A stretch of DNA of 63,741 bases, the filler included, from Globobulimina sp. (Eukaryota): NCBI GenBank assembly GCA_003354225.1. It is 24 parts of 24 records of this genome, joined end to end, with 100 filler letters (N's around TTAATTAATTAA, not from the genome) between each part and the next. Parts side by side here need not be neighbours in the genome. Positions count along the whole stretch, not along the records: positions 61,185 to 63,741 come from PIVH01005993.1; 23 more parts are not named here. One strand, written 5' to 3'. Shown one piece after another: positions 61,557 to 63,741 of the stretch; position 1 is the first letter of the stretch, and each line of letters starts with the position of its first letter. Both the position numbers and the translations under genes were made by a program. A model generated the notes under the pieces. That model was not told where the DNA came from and did no database searches. It worked only from the letters and a program-made list of their open reading frames with translations.

Positions 61557-63208
61557 TCATTTTCTTTTGGTTAAATTTATACCAATCTGTGGATCTAATA
61601 TAGTCACCACATTCCATGCTTGTTTCATTTCATTTAAATTACTCATTTCCTTTTTATCCTTAACCTCCAATTTATATTTTAATACCAATGTTGCTAAAAT
61701 ATAATATAATTCTCGCATCGCCAATGTTTGTCCGACACAGTTTCTCTTCCCGACACCAAATAAAATAAAATCAGGATTCAATTTAAATTTATTATTTGAA
61801 ATCCAATTATTTAAATTTAACTCGAATGAAGCACCACATCCGATATTATAATGAATAAATTGTGCATTTATAAATATCGAGGTGTTCTTTGGTATAAAAT
61901 ATGCGTTTCCATTGTATTTTAAATTAATATCTTTATCATTGAAATGAGGATTTACTGGAACAACGTTTGAAATCCTCAAAGTTTCATAAACAAATGCTCT
62001 CAAATACATGCATTCGTTAATTACACCAATATCAAATTTATCCATTTTATGTTTTTGTAGCACATTTTCAATTTCATTATAAATAATTTGTTGAATATCG
62101 TCATGTTTACATAATAAACATAATCCGTATTCAATTGAATGTACAGTGGTATCTGCAGCGGCCATTAATATTGAATTAAAATCAAATATTAAGGCGTAAT
62201 ATGATATCTCTTTGTTATCTTTATGCTCTTTTAGATAATCAATAACTGTGTCAATATAATATCTTGTATCATCATTTGTTTTTGTTACACGTTGAATAAT
62301 TTCATTTTGTTTATCAATCTGAAATCCGCCATCCGTAACCATCCATGTTTCAATTAAATCAAATAAATCTTTCATTGCTTTTGTAAGCGGGCCTAATAAT
62401 AATTTCTTAACCAACCAATTTGGAAAAAAATTAATTTTAAACATATCAAATACTAAAAATGGCATAAAATCAGTAGTAAACAACTTATTTAAATCAAAGA
62501 AACGGGATAATAATTTATCATCATTTTGTAATTCAGAACCAAACAATGCTTTAAATGCAACGTTAAATACAATGTATTTTAGATCTTTTCGAGGATACCA
62601 TATATCTTCGGATTTTGAATCTAATTTATCGGAAATGTTATTTATTGAAAAATCAACTGTATTTGACACGAATTTGCTGTTTACTATGTAAGTTATTTGA
62701 AAATGTTAATGTTAATGACACGCAATTTGATGGTATGTATTATGTAAAAATATATGCAAGTACCTAATGTTAAGAAGGAAGATGATAATAATTTCCTGCG
62801 TAATACCCATTGTCTCCCATTAACAATATCAATGGATGGCTCTTTAAATATAACATCTAAATAATTGAAATGTGGTTTATCAACACTAATATTTTTATTC
62901 TCCGCACATAATTTTTTATACAATTTTTTATCGTTTATAAATATGTTACGTTGTAAACCCATATTAATAGACATTATTGGACCATATTTCGCAGCTGAAT
63001 CGAGGAAAAATGTTTCCGGTGATTTGAAAATGGATATAAGAGAGCCAATGATTGGTAGTCCTGCTGGACCTTGCGGTTGATGATAAATATAATGATAATA
63101 TATTTTGCCACATAATCGTCGGAGAAGTTCACCTATTACAAGCGACCATAATGTCCAACTAATAATGCTCAATGATTGAAGCCAATTGATTACTGATTCA
63201 AAAGGCAT
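61557..63208 (-). CDS. Cytochrome P450 (CYP2-clan-like); intron 62763-62684
   Basis: N-terminal anchor, PQGPAGLPIIG, WVLRR, AAADTT (I-helix), ETLR, FGVGKRNCVG heme motif. Confidence 0.93.
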
Positions 63209-63284
63209 TTATATTAATAATGCAAAAAGAACTTGAGGTGACACTCTCAAAACTTTCAACCGTAATTATTTTCGCTTGTTTCAA

Positions 63285-63741
63285 ATGATTTTATTTAGTT
63301 CTATTTTTTTGGTCTATATAACACACAGTCAATCCATATTTGATGCACGGGTTTATAATTTTTACTTTTATTTAAACACGAATCCCGATCTAACCAAAGC
63401 AGGTATTACAAACCAACAAACAGCGCAACAACATTGGCAAAATTACGGTATTCATGAAGGACGACAAGCATGCGGATCATTTCATTCCTTGCAGTTTTTA
63501 GATAATTATCCATCATTAAAGAAACAATTTGGTTCAAATTATACTGCTGCCATTTTATATTATTTAAACGTTGGATATAACGAAAATTTATATGGATACA
63601 CACCGAATGTTGGTGCGTATGGTCGATATACAATATCTTCATTGTCAAATAATACAAATACAAATAATAATTCAACAATATGGTCATCAGGAAGTGATCG
63701 TATGGCGGGTGCTATTGATTCAATTGTATGGAAGGGTTTTG
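63285..63741 (+). CDS. Secreted protein with YL..NPDL...HW..YG..EGR repeats, 3'-truncated
   Basis: Hand translation MILFSSIFLVYITHSQSIFDARVYNFYFYLNTNPDLTKAGITNQQTAQQHWQNYGIHEGRQACGSF..RMAGAIDSIVWKGF; absent from the ORF track (runs off the edge). Confidence 0.75.
   Translation, partial: MILFSSIFLVYITHSQSIFDARVYNFYFYLNTNPDLTKAGITNQQTAQQHWQNYGIHEGRQACGSFHSLQFLDNYPSLKKQFGSNYTAAILYYLNVGYNENLYGYTPNVGAYGRYTISSLSNNTNTNNNSTIWSSGSDRMAGAIDSIVWKGF

Noticed and set aside
1-63741. Genome-wide stop-codon reassignment suggested by lone TAA (1519) and TGA (42352)
   Set aside because: TAA and TGA terminate conserved genes at expected positions, and long ORFs are otherwise stop-free

Overview
This is not one locus. 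It is 24 unrelated contigs of 2557-2562 bp, sorted by decreasing size and joined by artificial 100-nt spacers (44 N + TTAATTAATTAA + 44 N), so nothing can be inferred across spacers. Almost all contigs are AT-rich, gene-dense eukaryotic DNA with short (mostly 50-90 nt) GT-AG introns. Their gene families (SPRY expansions, TRAF zinc fingers, Cys-rich/PT-stalk membrane proteins, CAR-type GPCR) suggest a protist, most likely a foraminifer; this assignment is inference. One contig (10649-13210) looks animal/nematode-like. Recognisable genes include TBCD, a degenerate UAP56/DDX39 helicase, a cytochrome P450, a GT23 fucosyltransferase, an NhaC-type antiporter, a MIB/HERC2-repeat protein, a FAM135-like protein, CAP-Gly, F-box, LCM-type methyltransferase, MaoC and RRM+WWE proteins, and a eukaryotic selenocysteine tRNA. 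Best candidate for a new system: contig 45234-47792 is a closed (circular or tandem) 2520-bp, apparently non-coding unit. It has a 39-bp terminal repeat, and a 211-bp GG..CC MITE with an 8-bp TSD spans the junction. It carries a degenerate tRNA-like Pol III cassette and a 118-bp hairpin/iteron-like module that recurs ungapped, again near a tRNA-like cassette, on contig 37255-39814. Other highlights: an in-frame TGA in the NhaC gene, a stray bacterial ValRS N-terminus, a 7TM-ion-channel-like protein and an XK-like receptor family. All alignments and splice models were made by eye; no database searches were run.
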